DNA of 5,869 nt, from assembly GCA_049974095.1 (NCBI GenBank), contig JBMFJD010000017.1, positions 1 through 5,869 on the forward strand, written 5' to 3'. Under the pieces are notes generated by a model. That model was not told where the DNA came from, made no database searches, and saw nothing but the letters and a program-made list of their open reading frames with translations. Both the position numbers and the translations under genes were made by a program. Below are positions 4,951 to 5,869 of the stretch, in pieces; the stretch's first letter is position 1, and each line of letters opens with the position of its first letter. The DNA comes from Nanopusillaceae archaeon. Its GTDB lineage: Archaea; Nanobdellota; Nanobdellia; Nanobdellales; Nanobdellaceae.

Positions 4951-5869
4951 TGGATGAGGAATTATTAAAGTTAGTAATTACTAAAAATTTTCCATTGTTT
5001 GCACCAATATTAAGTAAGATAAGAATTAAAGAAAGTAGGGAAATATCATATGTGGCGGGATTGAATTATAAAGAAAAAACAATATATATTAATCCTGATG
5101 AATTCAATGAATATATTAGTAAAGAAAAAATGTTTATAATATCACATGAAATAATGCATTATCTATTAGTACATGATCCTGAAGCATTGAGGGATAAAAA
5201 TTTATTATTAGTTTTTAATTTAGTTAGGGATGCCCAAATAAATCATATATTACATAAACAAATGAAATATATGGCAAGGGGGGTTATAACATTGGATATA
5301 TTAGAAAGGATGAGCGAAAAAGTAAAAGAATACTTTGAGGGGGATGTTGAGAAATTCCTTAATGAGGATGAGTATTTTATTGTTAAATTGATGTTAGAGG
5401 ATAAGAAAGTTAATAATATGGTTAATAAGATGATTGATGTATTAGAAAATAATAGTGATAACCTAGATGAAACTAGTGAAAAAATTAGAGATATATTAAA
5501 GGAGAATGGGGTTAATATAGATATTGATGAAATTAGTAAGAATATAGTAAAAGAATATAATGAAAGTAAGGAATTGGGAGAAATGAGCGATGAGGAAATA
5601 AAAGAAATGGTTAATGAGGGTATGGAAATGTTAGAGAAAGGTATGTTATTAAGTAAAATGCTTAATCCTGAAAGTAAGGAATTAGATATAAAGTTAAGGA
5701 AAAAGAGGATTAAATGGAAAGAAGCATTAAGGTATATTATGAGTGAGATAGGGGCATTGGCAACTGATTATGATTTAACAAAATTGGATAAAAAAGCATG
5801 GGTATTAAAGACATATGTACCTGGGGTTATAAAGGAAAATGAAAGTATTAATGTAATAATTGGTATAGA
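4947..5869 (+). CDS. Putative zinc metallopeptidase-domain / VWA-like domain protein (DUF2201_N + DUF2201-type architecture), 3'-truncated by the window end.
   Basis: I translated this frame by hand from ATG 4947 (or ATG 4950) to the window end and found no stop: MMDEELLKLVITKNFPLFAPILSKIRIKESREISYVAGLNYKEKTIYINPDEFNEYISKEKMFIISHEIMHYLLVHDPEAL... The HEIMH motif is at 5145-5159, with a third His at 5172-5174 (HExxHxxxxH). The layout matches the putative metallopeptidase domain usually fused to a VWA-like domain: a hydrophobic FPLFA... helix, then '(T)IYINPDEF', then HExxH. The final residues ...YVPGVIKENESINVIIGI(D/E) look like the first beta-strand leading into a MIDAS DxSxS motif just beyond the window. 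The start overlaps the ATPase stop (ATGA / TGATG). Confidence 0.8.
   Translation, partial: MMDEELLKLVITKNFPLFAPILSKIRIKESREISYVAGLNYKEKTIYINPDEFNEYISKEKMFIISHEIMHYLLVHDPEALRDKNLLLVFNLVRDAQINHILHKQMKYMARGVITLDILERMSEKVKEYFEGDVEKFLNEDEYFIVKLMLEDKKVNNMVNKMIDVLENNSDNLDETSEKIRDILKENGVNIDIDEISKNIVKEYNESKELGEMSDEEIKEMVNEGMEMLEKGMLLSKMLNPESKELDIKLRKKRIKWKEALRYIMSEIGALATDYDLTKLDKKAWVLKTYVPGVIKENESINVIIGI

Noticed and set aside
5562-5683. A 14-nt exact direct repeat, GAAAGTAAGGAATT, at 5562-5575 and 5670-5683 (108 nt apart, encoding ESKEL twice) in the linker of the peptidase/VWA protein.
   Set aside because: The 36 codons that follow each copy are otherwise dissimilar. In a restricted A/G-rich codon set, a short repeat of this kind in a K/E-rich linker is plausibly coincidental or a trivial slippage relic.

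Overview
This window is extremely AT-rich. Hand counts of nt 1-600 and 3001-3600 give about 20-22% G+C. The + strand is almost devoid of C. All credible genes lie on the + strand and are tightly packed.

Contents, left to right:
(1) The 3' end of a CDS cut by the window edge (1-152).
(2) A small orphan CDS (280-729).
(3) Three full-length, mutually homologous CDSs of an unrecognised family of about 265-290 aa (747-1592, 2090-2962, 2976-3773). The fragment at the left edge is probably a fourth copy.
(4) A second small orphan CDS (1604-2014), between the first and second paralog.
(5) A MoxR/AAA_5-type AAA+ ATPase (3826-4950).
(6) An open-ended CDS (4947 to beyond 5869) overlapping the ATPase stop codon. 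The ORF track omits it because it has no stop in the window. It has an HExxHxxxxH putative metallopeptidase N-domain and what looks like the first strand of a VWA-like domain.

Gene boundaries carry an exact 9-mer, GTTTTGATG, in seven copies. Its ATG is the start codon. It is usually preceded by a TAG stop plus an oligo-T run. Three longer AT-rich spacers contain TATA/promoter-like boxes and divide the window into three presumptive transcription units.

I saw no Shine-Dalgarno sequences, tRNA/rRNA genes, CRISPR array, transposase or integrase. The expression signals look more archaeal (or archaeal virus/plasmid) than bacterial, but that is inference.

The candidate novel system is a multi-paralog cassette plus small orphan genes, co-oriented with a MoxR ATPase and a VWA-peptidase pair, all joined by a uniform junction signal.
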